A stretch of 39,918 nucleotides of DNA, taken from UHGV virus genome UHGV-0076060; one strand, given 5' to 3'. Positions 27,157-36,175 of this stretch are shown here, piece by piece. The translations under genes and the position numbers were made by a program. The DNA comes from a virus. The notes beneath the pieces were generated by a model. That model was not told where the DNA came from. It saw only the letters and a list, made by a program, of their open reading frames with translations, and did not search any database. Positions within the stretch are counted from its first letter, which is position 1. Each line of letters opens with the position of its first letter.

Positions 27157-27576
27157 ATGAAGACAATTGATATGTTGGCTAAGTATCTAAATGAATGGCC
27201 ATTAAAATATTCTCGTATCGTTCAGGCTGAAGACTGCATTTTTTATGGCGTTTTTGCTGGTAATGAAATGCATTACGAAGTAATTCAGAGTGAGGGACTG
27301 GCCGGGTTAACTCTTAGCGAAGACCATGGTACTAGCGTTACGTTCCATGACTGGATAACAGCACAACGTTATGAAATGGAAAAAGGCGATGTGTTTGATA
27401 TTTCTCGATCTGTTTACGCTAAAGCAAAAAGTGATAATGATTACATGAGCGAACACTTATACAACATGAAGTTACAATGCCTGCATGCGGCGCTTATTCA
27501 GAATGGGCACTTCGATAAAACAAGTGCCATCAATATTGCGGAAGCCATCAACGCTGGATTTAATGCCATTAAGTAA
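27157..27576 (+). CDS. moron protein of unknown function (139 aa), AT-rich, antisense to the late operon
   Basis: Good RBS, low GC relative to neighbours, own terminators; no recognisable motifs. Confidence 0.6.
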   Translation: MKTIDMLAKYLNEWPLKYSRIVQAEDCIFYGVFAGNEMHYEVIQSEGLAGLTLSEDHGTSVTFHDWITAQRYEMEKGDVFDISRSVYAKAKSDNDYMSEHLYNMKLQCLHAALIQNGHFDKTSAINIAEAINAGFNAIK

Positions 27577-27580
27577 CACC

Positions 27581-27592
27581 GTGACATGTCAC
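27581..27592. repeat. 12-bp perfect palindrome GTGACATGTCAC (copy 2 of 3)
   Basis: Exact copy; 5 nt after the moron stop codon. Confidence 0.7.
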
Positions 27593-27624
27593 AAACAGCC
27601 AGCCGATGAGCTGGCTTTGTTTTA
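27591..27624. terminator. bidirectional terminator between moron and large terminase gene
   Basis: AGCCAGC-cgatga-GCTGGCT with extended ACAAACA/TTGTTTT arms. Confidence 0.6.
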
Positions 27625-27666
27625 TCCTCATCAGAGGATATCAACGACATTATCCCCACCAGCGGA

Positions 27667-29142
27667 TTAAGCATAGGGATCGTAATCTGTGATGGCCTTG
27701 CCTTGCTGGTTCTGCTGCCCGGGAATTCGCAGACGCTTCGACACAGGGAACGCAAACGTCAGCAGTAGCGCATCGCCTTTACCCGGCGAACGCCCAAGCC
27801 GCTCCTTGATATCTTCCTTCGGTTCGATAACGATTTTACCGTCCACGCGAACTTTGTACTCTGCCGCCGACAGGTCGTCTGCTGTTTCCTGGTCATCCAG
27901 CATGCCGCCCAGCCTCAGCCATGTCTTGCATGAATTGAACATCTCCCCACGCTTGTTAAGCATCTGCGGGTCAGTTGACGCACCACCGAACGGAACAAGT
28001 TGCCATGTACGTCCCCAGCCATCACCGATTGACTTCAGACCGGTTCCGTAACCGAAGTCGATGAACACCGCGTCAGCCTGATACTGGTCTTCAAAGTCAG
28101 CGATACGCTTCGCCATAATCAGATCGTCAGTGGTCTTGTTGCCAGTCCATAGCACCTTACTATGCAACCCCTGCCGCAGGTATATCACCGCGTCATCAAC
28201 GCCTGAATATGCCGGGTCAACACCGATTATCACCGGAGCATGTGCCACCTGCGCAGCGGTTACCACCCGTTTCATTGCCTCATCAGTAAGACCGGTAGGG
28301 ATAAACTGCAATTCAGATGCATCAGGGAATATGCCGCGCACACGGATTTTAACGAAGTCGCTATCTTCCCCGTAGTCATCAACCCATTTCTGCAACTGCT
28401 GTTTGTTAGTGCCTTCCACCGTCCGGCTGTCAATCTGCGCAGTTTTCCAGCGGTGTTTATATTTGCGGAAACATTCGCGGAAACGCCCGGTGTTACGAGT
28501 AGGGTTTCCGAACGCCACCCAGATAATCTCAGTGTCTTCGTCCGTAAGCGCACCCTCAGCAACTTCCCACACCAGATCCGCAATGTTCGACGCTTCATCG
28601 AATACCACGACGATGCGTTTGCGCTCGTTGTGTAGTCCGGCGAATGCCTCAGTGTTGTGCTCAGACCAGGGGATTGCGTCAGCTCGCCACCGCTTGTCGT
28701 GCCCAGGATCATTGCTGTACATCGCGGTAGCGGTACAGGTAAACCAGTCTTTCGTGATAGCAAGGTTCGACCACTTGATAATTTCCGGCCAGGTCTTCGT
28801 TCGTAGCTGGTTGTCGGTGTTGGCGGTCACCACGACCTTACAATCCTCGCAAGTGGACATGCCCCAGTTGATCAGCATTGAGATGAATGCGGATTTACCA
28901 ATACCGTGACCCGAAGCACGTGCCAGCATAAGCGGCTGATAGCGCGTCTCTGGATTCTGCAGGTGATCACGTATCTCTCGGAACGCATCAGCCTGCCACT
29001 TACGTGGGCCGGTAGCATGTGCCAGTTCAGTCCCCTCTTCCCCCCACGGGAACGCATAGAGGGCATAGCCAAGCGGATCGTGAGTGAACCCTGCAATATC
29101 CTCGATCAACTGCTCTTCAGGAGATAACGCTGTATCTGTCAC
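27667..29142 (-). CDS. terminase large subunit (491 aa)
   Basis: Walker A-like motif (ARASGHGIGKS), size, and position after the small subunit gene with overlapping start/stop. Confidence 0.8.
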   Translation of the reverse strand: MTDTALSPEEQLIEDIAGFTHDPLGYALYAFPWGEEGTELAHATGPRKWQADAFREIRDHLQNPETRYQPLMLARASGHGIGKSAFISMLINWGMSTCEDCKVVVTANTDNQLRTKTWPEIIKWSNLAITKDWFTCTATAMYSNDPGHDKRWRADAIPWSEHNTEAFAGLHNERKRIVVVFDEASNIADLVWEVAEGALTDEDTEIIWVAFGNPTRNTGRFRECFRKYKHRWKTAQIDSRTVEGTNKQQLQKWVDDYGEDSDFVKIRVRGIFPDASELQFIPTGLTDEAMKRVVTAAQVAHAPVIIGVDPAYSGVDDAVIYLRQGLHSKVLWTGNKTTDDLIMAKRIADFEDQYQADAVFIDFGYGTGLKSIGDGWGRTWQLVPFGGASTDPQMLNKRGEMFNSCKTWLRLGGMLDDQETADDLSAAEYKVRVDGKIVIEPKEDIKERLGRSPGKGDALLLTFAFPVSKRLRIPGQQNQQGKAITDYDPYA

Positions 29143-29813
29143 TGATTACCATCCTGACGTTCTTTGAGTCGCTTCCTGGCTGCTGCTATGCGATCAGCAA
29201 TTGTCACATTCACATTAACATCCAGACGTTCTTTGAACGCGTTGACATCAACATGCTTACCAATCAGCTCAAGGTTCTTCACCTTGTCAGGCCATTTAAT
29301 TTTTTTGAGGATTGTCTCTATCGAATCCTCGTTCATGTTCATGATGGTCGATGACAGATCAAAGCCACTAAGCGTAGTGCGCCAGATTTTCGGCCACTCA
29401 CGGATTGGTTTAAGGCTCCCATCGTCGTTGAGGATGTCGATCACGTCCATCTGGTCGATCTCCACCAGGCGCATGAGAACGTAATCAGCACTGACGCGCA
29501 TTCGTTTGTTGCGCTCCTCCATCAACTCGGCAATCCGTTTTTGAATGCGTTCATCGCGCATCATGACGCTGGCTTTAACTGCCGCTGTATTTGGGGAGAA
29601 TCCTGCGTTAATCGCTGCCTGAGTCTGGTTTTCAGGCGTTTTGATGTATGACTGGCAATAAGCCTCCTGCATTGCTGTTAGTGGCTTAAATTGCGTTGAT
29701 TTGCGTTTATAGGTTTTAGGTTCAGCAGGCATCATAACCACCGTGGTAATAGTTACCGTTGTGGTAATAGTACCATGCAAAATAAAGCCGCCATAGTTGG
29801 CGGCAGTATCCAA
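29139..29813 (-). CDS. terminase small subunit (about 200-224 aa)
   Basis: Position upstream of large terminase, basic N-terminal region; the ORF's first in-frame codon is TTG, true start possibly the internal MMPAEP. Confidence 0.6.
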   Translation of the reverse strand: MDTAANYGGFILHGTITTTVTITTVVMMPAEPKTYKRKSTQFKPLTAMQEAYCQSYIKTPENQTQAAINAGFSPNTAAVKASVMMRDERIQKRIAELMEERNKRMRVSADYVLMRLVEIDQMDVIDILNDDGSLKPIREWPKIWRTTLSGFDLSSTIMNMNEDSIETILKKIKWPDKVKNLELIGKHVDVNAFKERLDVNVNVTIADRIAAARKRLKERQDGNQ

Positions 29814-29845
29814 AACCCGTCAAATTCATCATGCATAATCTACTC

Positions 29846-29857
29846 GTGACATGTCAC
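29846..29857. repeat. 12-bp perfect palindrome GTGACATGTCAC (copy 3 of 3)
   Basis: Exact copy overlapping the stop codon of 29854..30195, just upstream of the terminase genes. Confidence 0.7.
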
Positions 29858-30195
29858 ACTATTAATTTCGTTTCATGCCAGCCTTTAGTCACCCAGCATT
29901 GCGAGTCACCATTACACGGGCATGAATTAACGGGAACTCTCTCGCCGCACTTACCGCAAAGTTTTCTGCTGATCGATTTTATACGCCCGCGCACACGTGC
30001 ATCATCCTGGCGGATCAGCAGCGCTATATACTCACCAAATTCGTAAGGCGCACGCCCGGGGCGACGCGTGGCACAGTTACGCTCCAGCATTTCAATTTCC
30101 TGAGCATCAAGCACAATCTCCAGCTTACGCACACCAGATGCAGCTTGTCTGGCTCTCTGAGCGGCTTTGCGCTCTGCTGCTGATTTAGCCATCAA
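29854..30195 (-). CDS. hypothetical protein with Cys-rich C-terminus (113 aa), candidate regulator
   Basis: Basic/Ala-rich N-terminus, C-terminal CGKCGERVPVNSCPCNGDSQC cluster; immediately upstream of the terminase operon. Confidence 0.5.
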   Translation of the reverse strand: MMAKSAAERKAAQRARQAASGVRKLEIVLDAQEIEMLERNCATRRPGRAPYEFGEYIALLIRQDDARVRGRIKSISRKLCGKCGERVPVNSCPCNGDSQCWVTKGWHETKLIV

Positions 30196-30466
30196 TATTT
30201 ACCTTTATCGCGAACACCTTTACCGGTTTATCACCGAAGTGCGGATGTGTGATTGTCTTGATTTCATATCCGTCATACGGAATATCAATTCTGCGGCTGG
30301 AATCGTCGCGCTTAGGATATCCCTTTGTGATAATCAGGCGGTCATACTTACGATTAACGAGGCGTTTATTCCAGTAGTCATTGCACAGGCGATACTCTTC
30401 CGTTTTCTCCCCGCGAATCATGGCATCGAAGTATTCACCTTTGACGGCAAGTTGCAGGTTAGCCAC
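30185..30466 (-). CDS. ASCH/PUA-like domain protein (93 aa)
   Basis: N-terminal AVKGEYFDAMIRGEKTEEYR resembles the ASCH signature; from memory of the family. Confidence 0.45.
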   Translation of the reverse strand: MANLQLAVKGEYFDAMIRGEKTEEYRLCNDYWNKRLVNRKYDRLIITKGYPKRDDSSRRIDIPYDGYEIKTITHPHFGDKPVKVFAIKVNIDG

Positions 30467-31271
30467 GGTTAACCTCCTGCGGCGGTTCTGGTAGCGGCAT
30501 CCAGTGTGTTACCTGCTCAACACCATTACCCGACTTAATCGTTGCCTCTCCGCGCCGAAAGGTGCTTCCGGTATAGCGTGCGGAGCATATTAGCGGTTCA
30601 ACCAGAGAGCTGTCGAAATTCACCGAAATAAGCACGTTCTGGTTCTTTTCCGGCATTCGCTCACTACAGCTTATCCAACCATCCGGAGTTACCGGATAGT
30701 TGCCAGCCTGAACAGTAGGCATATCAGGACCTTTGCGAATCGCCCTGGCAAGATCGATTGGGTCGTCGTACAACCAGTCACCTGTTTGCGGATGATTGGC
30801 TTCTGCCAATTGTGCAGCCCACTCCAGGCCGTCTTTGTGTCCTTGCAGATAGTCCAGCGGTAACTCATCACTATTACTTACAGGTTCGGCCTGAAGCATG
30901 GCGGCGCGGCAGGCATTCCAGCCTCTCACCTCTGCAATAGCGGCAACAGCATCGACCGCGTACATTTTAAGAGGGTTAGGCATTGGTTTTTCTTCAGGTA
31001 CTACTGGCACTGGAGGGGCGGCATAAACAGGAATAACGTCCGATTGCTCTTTATTGCTTTCATCCGTTAAAGCCCAGAATAATTTTCCGGCCGGATGTTT
31101 GAAAATATAAGCAACTGGTTCTGCGCTATCAGCTTCGCGCCGCTTCTGTAGCTCTGCTGCCATTGCTCTCACGACTTCAACTGGTGCCCTTGCAGCAAAC
31201 TCTATGTTGGTGATTAGCTCATTAAGATATTGCTCGCCTGGATACTGTTTCTTATCGGTTATAGTGGTCAT
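30459..31271 (-). CDS. hypothetical early protein with DUF551-like C-terminus (270 aa)
   Basis: Start at MTTITDKK with AAGGAG RBS; C-terminal VTHWMPLPEPP resembles DUF551-type prophage proteins. Confidence 0.5.
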   Translation of the reverse strand: MTTITDKKQYPGEQYLNELITNIEFAARAPVEVVRAMAAELQKRREADSAEPVAYIFKHPAGKLFWALTDESNKEQSDVIPVYAAPPVPVVPEEKPMPNPLKMYAVDAVAAIAEVRGWNACRAAMLQAEPVSNSDELPLDYLQGHKDGLEWAAQLAEANHPQTGDWLYDDPIDLARAIRKGPDMPTVQAGNYPVTPDGWISCSERMPEKNQNVLISVNFDSSLVEPLICSARYTGSTFRRGEATIKSGNGVEQVTHWMPLPEPPQEVNRG

Positions 31272-31450
31272 ATCACTCTCCTTTAGTGCGCAAGTGGTTT
31301 TTCCAGCGGTTTTGCGCCGCGCTACGCTTATCTTTGACTCCCTCTCTGGCAATTCCAGAATATAAGTACAACACCACACGGCGATTGCTAACTCTCAACC
31401 ACTGGCTGGGGTAGCAAAATCTGTATACACGGGAAATAAGCATCTTTGCT

Positions 31451-31972
31451 TTACGGTTTTTCATCGTTTTGTTCTCCTGCGTCTCCTTTGATGCGAATGC
31501 CAGCGGCGCGTGGCACATTAACTTCCACGATGCGCACTGTTGGTTTGTACATCTCAATCGCTGTCAGCCAGTCAGCTCCTGTCATGCGCTTTTCCGCATC
31601 GCCATTAGTCCACTGAACCGGTACACCAATAGCCTTCATCGCGATTTCTATTTCCCCGGCAATGGCGCTTTTTCCGCAACCAGTAAAACCAGAAACAACG
31701 ACAAGAACTTCACCTTTGGCTGGTTTTATTTCCCGTGCTTCCAGTTCTGCAATGCGCTTTTTGTCTGCTTCCCGTTCATCCAGTAGTGCCAGCACGGTTT
31801 CTGGTCCGGCCAGAAATTTGAAGGCGTTGAGCGCATCAATATCCACACCGTAATCTTTAAGTTCCTGTTCACTTAACAAATCATCATCAACTGGCAACAT
31901 TAACAGGCGTTCCATTGCTGGAATTGCACGTTCCGCCGCCTCACGCAGTGCCTGGTAATTAATTTCGCTCAC
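31451..31972 (-). CDS. Ead/Ea22-like protein with C-terminal P-loop-like motif (173 aa)
   Basis: GTG start with AAGGAGG RBS; coiled-coil N-half; GFTGCGKS resembles a Walker A motif. Confidence 0.45.
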   Translation of the reverse strand: MSEINYQALREAAERAIPAMERLLMLPVDDDLLSEQELKDYGVDIDALNAFKFLAGPETVLALLDEREADKKRIAELEAREIKPAKGEVLVVVSGFTGCGKSAIAGEIEIAMKAIGVPVQWTNGDAEKRMTGADWLTAIEMYKPTVRIVEVNVPRAAGIRIKGDAGEQNDEKP

Positions 31973-32264
31973 TGGTTGCCTCCTTTGCTGGGCTTTCGAA
32001 TGTATCAAACTCAAACAACTTAACCACGTCATCAAACAGGACATAATCGCCATCAGAATCTTCAGTCATGTCAGCGCCACAATCCTGACCGAACGAGTCA
32101 CAACCATCCATATCAAGCTCGTATCGCTTGAGTTTTGCGATATTTGATAAATTCAGCGCCAGTGCAGCAAGGTCATAAACCTCTTCGGCGGTATACCCTG
32201 CGCCATGCCCATACATTTCAATGCGGGATATGATTTCTTCTACCCGTTGTTTTGTGATCGTCAT
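31959..32264 (-). CDS. small acidic hypothetical protein (101 aa)
   Basis: ORF in early operon; strongly acidic C-terminal half (DMDGCDSFGQDCGADMTEDSDGDY). Confidence 0.45.
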   Translation of the reverse strand: MTITKQRVEEIISRIEMYGHGAGYTAEEVYDLAALALNLSNIAKLKRYELDMDGCDSFGQDCGADMTEDSDGDYVLFDDVVKLFEFDTFESPAKEATSERN

Positions 32265-32740
32265 TTTTGCTCACCTCCCTGTTCTTCCAGAAAAATACGC
32301 ATAGCCTCAAGCATCTCTTCGGTGTCATACGGAGACAGCTTGTCACGCAGGATGTGTTCAATGCTGTTAATGAACTTTCGGATTGCTTTGCGTTCAATTT
32401 CAGCCAGGAAAGCATCGGTGGCTGGGGTGTCTGATTGCAGAGACTTTGCGCGATAGTCATTCCACCCTCTTGCATACATGGGATTAACTCGCACTCCATC
32501 TTTTACGCAATATGCCTGCCCTCCACGGTTGATAACCTTGATTTCGTCCATAGCGCCAGACTTCAGCCCCGCATTCTCCGCCGCCAGCGCATTAGCACGC
32601 ACCAGTTGCACTTCCAGTTGCGTTGCCAAATCGCTGATCAGCTTTGCCACACTACGCATATCAACGGCACCACATTCTGCTTTCAGTTCCGAAGCCATCT
32701 CATGCCCGGCGGCAACTAACCCTTTGATATTACTTTCCAT
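32261..32740 (-). CDS. hypothetical early protein (159 aa)
   Basis: ORF coupled in the nin-like region. Confidence 0.45.
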   Translation of the reverse strand: MESNIKGLVAAGHEMASELKAECGAVDMRSVAKLISDLATQLEVQLVRANALAAENAGLKSGAMDEIKVINRGGQAYCVKDGVRVNPMYARGWNDYRAKSLQSDTPATDAFLAEIERKAIRKFINSIEHILRDKLSPYDTEEMLEAMRIFLEEQGGEQK

Positions 32741-32801
32741 CTTTACCCTCGCTTATCCACATAACTTATTGATAACATTGATAACTAAAAAGATCGTCGA
32801 T

Positions 32802-33146
32802 TCAGAACTCTTCGATTTTCCATCCGCCACCTGCTTTCTTTGGCTTAACAGTTACCCCGATGATTCGGAACGGATATTGATCTGCGGCGACTTTGGTTTT
32901 CACCCAGGCGTCGTCGGTCCAGAAACCTTTCACTTCGTGCAGTTCCATCTCTCCGGTGGCGAGCATCACAGCGAAATCTGGCGTATAGAACGTGTTATCA
33001 GCTAACCGCAGCTTGATACCCTCGAATCGATACCAGGCGATTTCCCCTGCACGTTTACGCAGCTCAAGGTGCTGGCAATACGCAGATTCTGTTTTGTTCA
33101 TCTGGCCTGTTTTGAGTCGACCAAGAGCCTGTATCTGTTTTCTCAT
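32802..33146 (-). CDS. VRR-NUC-like PD-(D/E)XK nuclease (114 aa)
   Basis: Motif PDFAVML...ELHEVKG fits the PD...(D/E)XK pattern of small VRR-NUC nucleases. Confidence 0.5.
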   Translation of the reverse strand: MRKQIQALGRLKTGQMNKTESAYCQHLELRKRAGEIAWYRFEGIKLRLADNTFYTPDFAVMLATGEMELHEVKGFWTDDAWVKTKVAADQYPFRIIGVTVKPKKAGGGWKIEEF

Positions 33147-33149
33147 GAT

Positions 33150-33164
33150 TTACCCCTAAGGTAA
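33150..33164. promoter_or_regulatory. TTACC-N5-GGTAA operator-like palindrome (copy 5)
   Basis: TTACCcctaaGGTAA abutting the 33146 start codon. Confidence 0.45.
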
Positions 33165-33211
33165 TTAAAAACCACATAAGACACGAAATCAATAGAGTTT
33201 AGAATATTTTA

Positions 33212-33226
33212 TTACCCGACAGGTAA
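33212..33226. promoter_or_regulatory. ATTACC-N5-GGTAAT operator-like palindrome (copy 6)
   Basis: TTACCcgacaGGTAA, 62 bp from copy 5. Confidence 0.5.
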
Positions 33227-33263
33227 TTATCAAGACGTAAAAAAATGCGCTATCGCGCTGGTA

Positions 33264-34040
33264 TTACTTGATAAATCCTGCCGCCTTTCCCCGCCTGTAT
33301 TCCTCCATCAGCCACTGCGCCGGTGTTATTCCCCCCAGGGTAGCGGCGTTAGGCATACACCCGAAACTTCGCCCTGGTGGATGGTAAACGTCTCTCCCTG
33401 TGTCCGGAGGCGTACTCATGGGTTCTGGCTTTGCCTGTATGCTGATCACCGGATCGGGTATCTGCTGTCCGGAAGCCACCTTTTTCGCCCAATCATCAAG
33501 CAGCCTGCGCGCATGTTTCTCAACCTCAATCTCGCTAAGCTGGCGCTGATACATTGCACGGCGGGTATCACATACGACCCAGTACATAACCGGATGCCGC
33601 CACGGGAATCTTTCGGGACCACCAGGATATAAACTTTTTTCCTTGCTGTACCGGTGAAACTCCGCCATCACATCGTCAATGGTGACGCCAAGAACCATCT
33701 TGCTGTCTTTACACCACTTGATAAATTGCCCTGGCGACGGCCAGAACGGAGATTCACTGGCGCGGGCGTGGCGCATACCAGCGTTAACCTGTTCCATTGT
33801 AGTGATCCCATTCTCCAGAAACGCAAGCATCCATTGCTTACGGAATTCATTAAGTTTGTTCTGCTCCCTTATGGTCGAAACGCTTGCAGGAAATGCAGCC
33901 TGTAACTGGACAAATAGTTCATTGAAAATTCTAGCGACCTGCTCCTTTTTGCCATTGCTGTCACGCCGCTCTTCATGCACAGCAACACCATGCTCACGTA
34001 AGCGATCGTACTCATTGAGAAGTTCTGGAGTTGATTTCAT
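33264..34040 (-). CDS. replication protein P-like DnaB helicase loader (258 aa)
   Basis: Recalled lambda P signature [15 protein letters not shown]...PSPGQF is present nearly verbatim. Confidence 0.75.
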   Translation of the reverse strand: MKSTPELLNEYDRLREHGVAVHEERRDSNGKKEQVARIFNELFVQLQAAFPASVSTIREQNKLNEFRKQWMLAFLENGITTMEQVNAGMRHARASESPFWPSPGQFIKWCKDSKMVLGVTIDDVMAEFHRYSKEKSLYPGGPERFPWRHPVMYWVVCDTRRAMYQRQLSEIEVEKHARRLLDDWAKKVASGQQIPDPVISIQAKPEPMSTPPDTGRDVYHPPGRSFGCMPNAATLGGITPAQWLMEEYRRGKAAGFIK

Positions 34041-34842
34041 CCCACACCCCTTCTATCCAGTCAGTGTTATTCCAGTCAAGCTCATCGCTTTTCCCGGCGT
34101 TTTTTGATTTTCCCCTGATATGATTTACGTGCCTGGCGAATTTTTGTTCCCACTGAACCTGCGTGAACACTTTGCCCTCAGCCATCCAGTAATCCCGGAA
34201 TGCAGCAAGTTCAGCAGGTGTAAATTCCGGTTCCGGCAGGGCCGTTCCCCACAGCGCAGCACGCCGTCGAAAATCCGGCGATGGATGCCAGCCATCGGTC
34301 ATCGGAAATTTCCCAATAGGTTCACTCAGGCCATCCAGAAATGCAGGTTCTGCCACCTGCAACGGCGTACCGTTCGCTTCACTGGTCGGATCACTCTCGC
34401 GCGCGTGTGCTATGTGTGGGGTTTTATATATATCTTCCTCTTCCTCTTCCTCTGGTAACTCCTTTTGTAACGCTGTTGGCGTTACTTTTTGCGTTACTCG
34501 TTTTCGATGCTCTGCCACTCTTCTATTCGTAAGTGCACGTTTTTTCGATGATTCTCCATTATGTCGCTCAAAGTTTGGAAGAATTAGTTTGCCGTCATGA
34601 TAAGCAAGCCATCCGACGCTAATGAGGGCGTCAGCAAATCCTGTAATAAAAGCGAGTCTATCAAGTACTCCTTTTGTAACGCTGCCAGCGTTACCGTCTA
34701 TTGTTTGCTGGTCAGCCCATGCCCATATACGAACCAGCTTTCCAAGAACAGCATCTGGATCAATACCCAGAATTTCTGCTATCTGAAAAATTTCAGGTTT
34801 ATCAGGAGTGATAACTTCAACCTTAATCCAGCTGCTTGCCAT
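34012..34842 (-). CDS. replication initiation/replisome organizer protein with DnaT-like C-terminal domain (about 276 aa)
   Basis: Start at MASSWIKV with GAGGGG RBS; C-terminus ([32 protein letters not shown]) resembles the DnaT C-terminal region; acidic linker. Confidence 0.6.
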   Translation of the reverse strand: MASSWIKVEVITPDKPEIFQIAEILGIDPDAVLGKLVRIWAWADQQTIDGNAGSVTKGVLDRLAFITGFADALISVGWLAYHDGKLILPNFERHNGESSKKRALTNRRVAEHRKRVTQKVTPTALQKELPEEEEEEDIYKTPHIAHARESDPTSEANGTPLQVAEPAFLDGLSEPIGKFPMTDGWHPSPDFRRRAALWGTALPEPEFTPAELAAFRDYWMAEGKVFTQVQWEQKFARHVNHIRGKSKNAGKSDELDWNNTDWIEGVWDEINSRTSQ

Positions 34843-35017
34843 AGGTTTCCCCTCTTGCACTCTTTAGTGCACAAGCAAATTCATTACGATGGCGGTTGGC
34901 GCTATTCATTGCACATTCAACACATGTTCCGTTCAGAACATACCTTTCAGAGAGATGGCCGTGACGGCACCGCTTTCCTGTGAAATAGCGATTTAACCCG
35001 GCTTTTGCGGCCTCCAT
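34823..35017 (-). CDS. small zinc-finger-like protein (64 aa) in cII-equivalent position
   Basis: ATG start (MEAAKAGL...), motif CRHGH...CVEC; between Cro-like gene and replication genes; weak RBS. Confidence 0.4.
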   Translation of the reverse strand: MEAAKAGLNRYFTGKRCRHGHLSERYVLNGTCVECAMNSANRHRNEFACALKSARGETYGKQLD

Positions 35018-35114
35018 TCTGGTTACTATCTTCAATTTTTCCGCCCCCTTTTTGTTATTGATATTGGCTATTTTGCACAATTGGAAAATTTGATCAACCA
35101 GATTTGGTTTTTTA

Positions 35115-35129
35115 TTACCTTTGAGGTAC
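35115..35129. promoter_or_regulatory. imperfect operator-like site (TTACC-N5-GGTAC)
   Basis: ATTACCtttgaGGTAC, one mismatch to the palindrome. Confidence 0.35.
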
Positions 35130-35136
35130 GAATAGA

Positions 35137-35162
35137 TATGAAAAGACCGCCGGATGGCGGTC
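35137..35162 (-). terminator. intrinsic terminator after the Cro-like gene (tR1-like)
   Basis: GACCGCC-ggat-GGCGGTC followed on the minus strand by TTTTCAT. Confidence 0.6.
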
Positions 35163-35184
35163 TACAGAGGGTTGTGGCTGGATA

Positions 35185-35415
35185 TCATGAGTAGAAGAAG
35201 TATGCCAGTTCTGCTTTTGAGCGCAGCCATTGTCTTGTTTTACAGGCTTTAAAAAGCCCATTCATCAATACCTTACCTGGCATTTTGCGCTTACCTGTTA
35301 AGTGAGTCTGGATATAGTGACTCGTCGTTCCGGCTTCCTGTGCGAAGGCTTCACGCTCATCCGGAGTAAGTGCAAGCCAGTGCTTTTTGAAATCGAAATG
35401 TCCGTTATCGCTCAT
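35185..35415 (-). CDS. Cro/YdaS-like HTH regulator (76 aa)
   Basis: Small HTH protein (ALTPDEREAFAQEAGTTSHYIQTHLTGKR), first gene of the replication operon, divergent from the cI-like gene. Confidence 0.6.
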   Translation of the reverse strand: MSDNGHFDFKKHWLALTPDEREAFAQEAGTTSHYIQTHLTGKRKMPGKVLMNGLFKACKTRQWLRSKAELAYFFYS

Positions 35416-35461
35416 AGCTATTGCCTGATATTTATTTCAGATAATAAATATTCACCCATAA

Positions 35462-35514
35462 GGTAACAAAAATCAAGGATAGTTACCTATGGGGTGCATT
35501 TACCTGTTGGGTAA
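35462..35514. promoter_or_regulatory. immunity-region operators (OR-like) between divergent Cro-like and cI-like genes
   Basis: GGTAAC-N14-GTTACC at 35462-35487 and TTACCtgttgGGTAA at 35500-35514; candidate -35 TTGTTA / -10 TATTAT for the Cro-like gene overlaps them. Confidence 0.55.
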
Positions 35515-35569
35515 TATTGCTTTAAATTGAATCATCTACTGATTCATATACGAGGCGATTTTCCAGAAA

Positions 35570-36154
35570 ATGAAAAGTATCCAGGACGTCCGCAGGCAAA
35601 ATCTCAACGACTTGATCGACCGTGAATTCAATGGTGTTCAGACGCGGATGGCAGAAAAACTTGGAACTCAGGCAAATCTGGTAAACCGCTGGGCTCTTGG
35701 CAAGAAGGTTATCGGCGACCAGGTTGCGCGAAAAATTGAAGCTGCCGCCAATAAACCCCGTAACTGGCTTGATATCGATCGCTCGCTTTCTCAGGAAGGT
35801 TTTCAGCCTGTCGGCCCAAGCGACATTGGTCAGCTGGCGGCTCACAACCTGGAACGCTGGATGAGCGAAAGCCGCGACCTTTCAACACAGGGAAAACTTC
35901 ACCGCGCATCCGGCGTCGCCCAGGTGACAATCAGCCGCCTGTTAAACAATGAGGTCAGCGTTTCCATTTCCACCCTGGAGAATGTTGCATCCGCATTCGG
36001 GCGTCACGGCTATGAATTACTGATTCACCCGCACGACCCTGCGACCATCAACTATGACCGCTCGCGCTACGCATTGTTACCCGAAACCGAGAAAGCAAAG
36101 ATCGAAAGTTACATTGAATTTGTCATCAACCAGAACGAAAAAAACAAACAATAA
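35570..36154 (+). CDS. cI-like repressor candidate with two HTH motifs and no recognisable autocleavage domain (194 aa)
   Basis: HTH-like segments (QTRMAEKLGTQANLVNRW; LHRASGVAQVTISRLL); monocistronic with own terminator; no Ala-Gly / Ser-Lys S24-type motifs seen by eye. Confidence 0.55.
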   Translation: MKSIQDVRRQNLNDLIDREFNGVQTRMAEKLGTQANLVNRWALGKKVIGDQVARKIEAAANKPRNWLDIDRSLSQEGFQPVGPSDIGQLAAHNLERWMSESRDLSTQGKLHRASGVAQVTISRLLNNEVSVSISTLENVASAFGRHGYELLIHPHDPATINYDRSRYALLPETEKAKIESYIEFVINQNEKNKQ

Positions 36155-36175
36155 AATCATATTTTTCAGTAAGTA

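Noticed and set aside
34823-35080. Full 85-aa ORF from the TTG start as a lambda cII homologue
   Set aside because: N-terminal extension lacks an RBS and the protein has no cII-like HTH; annotated from the internal ATG as a zinc-finger-like protein of unknown role.
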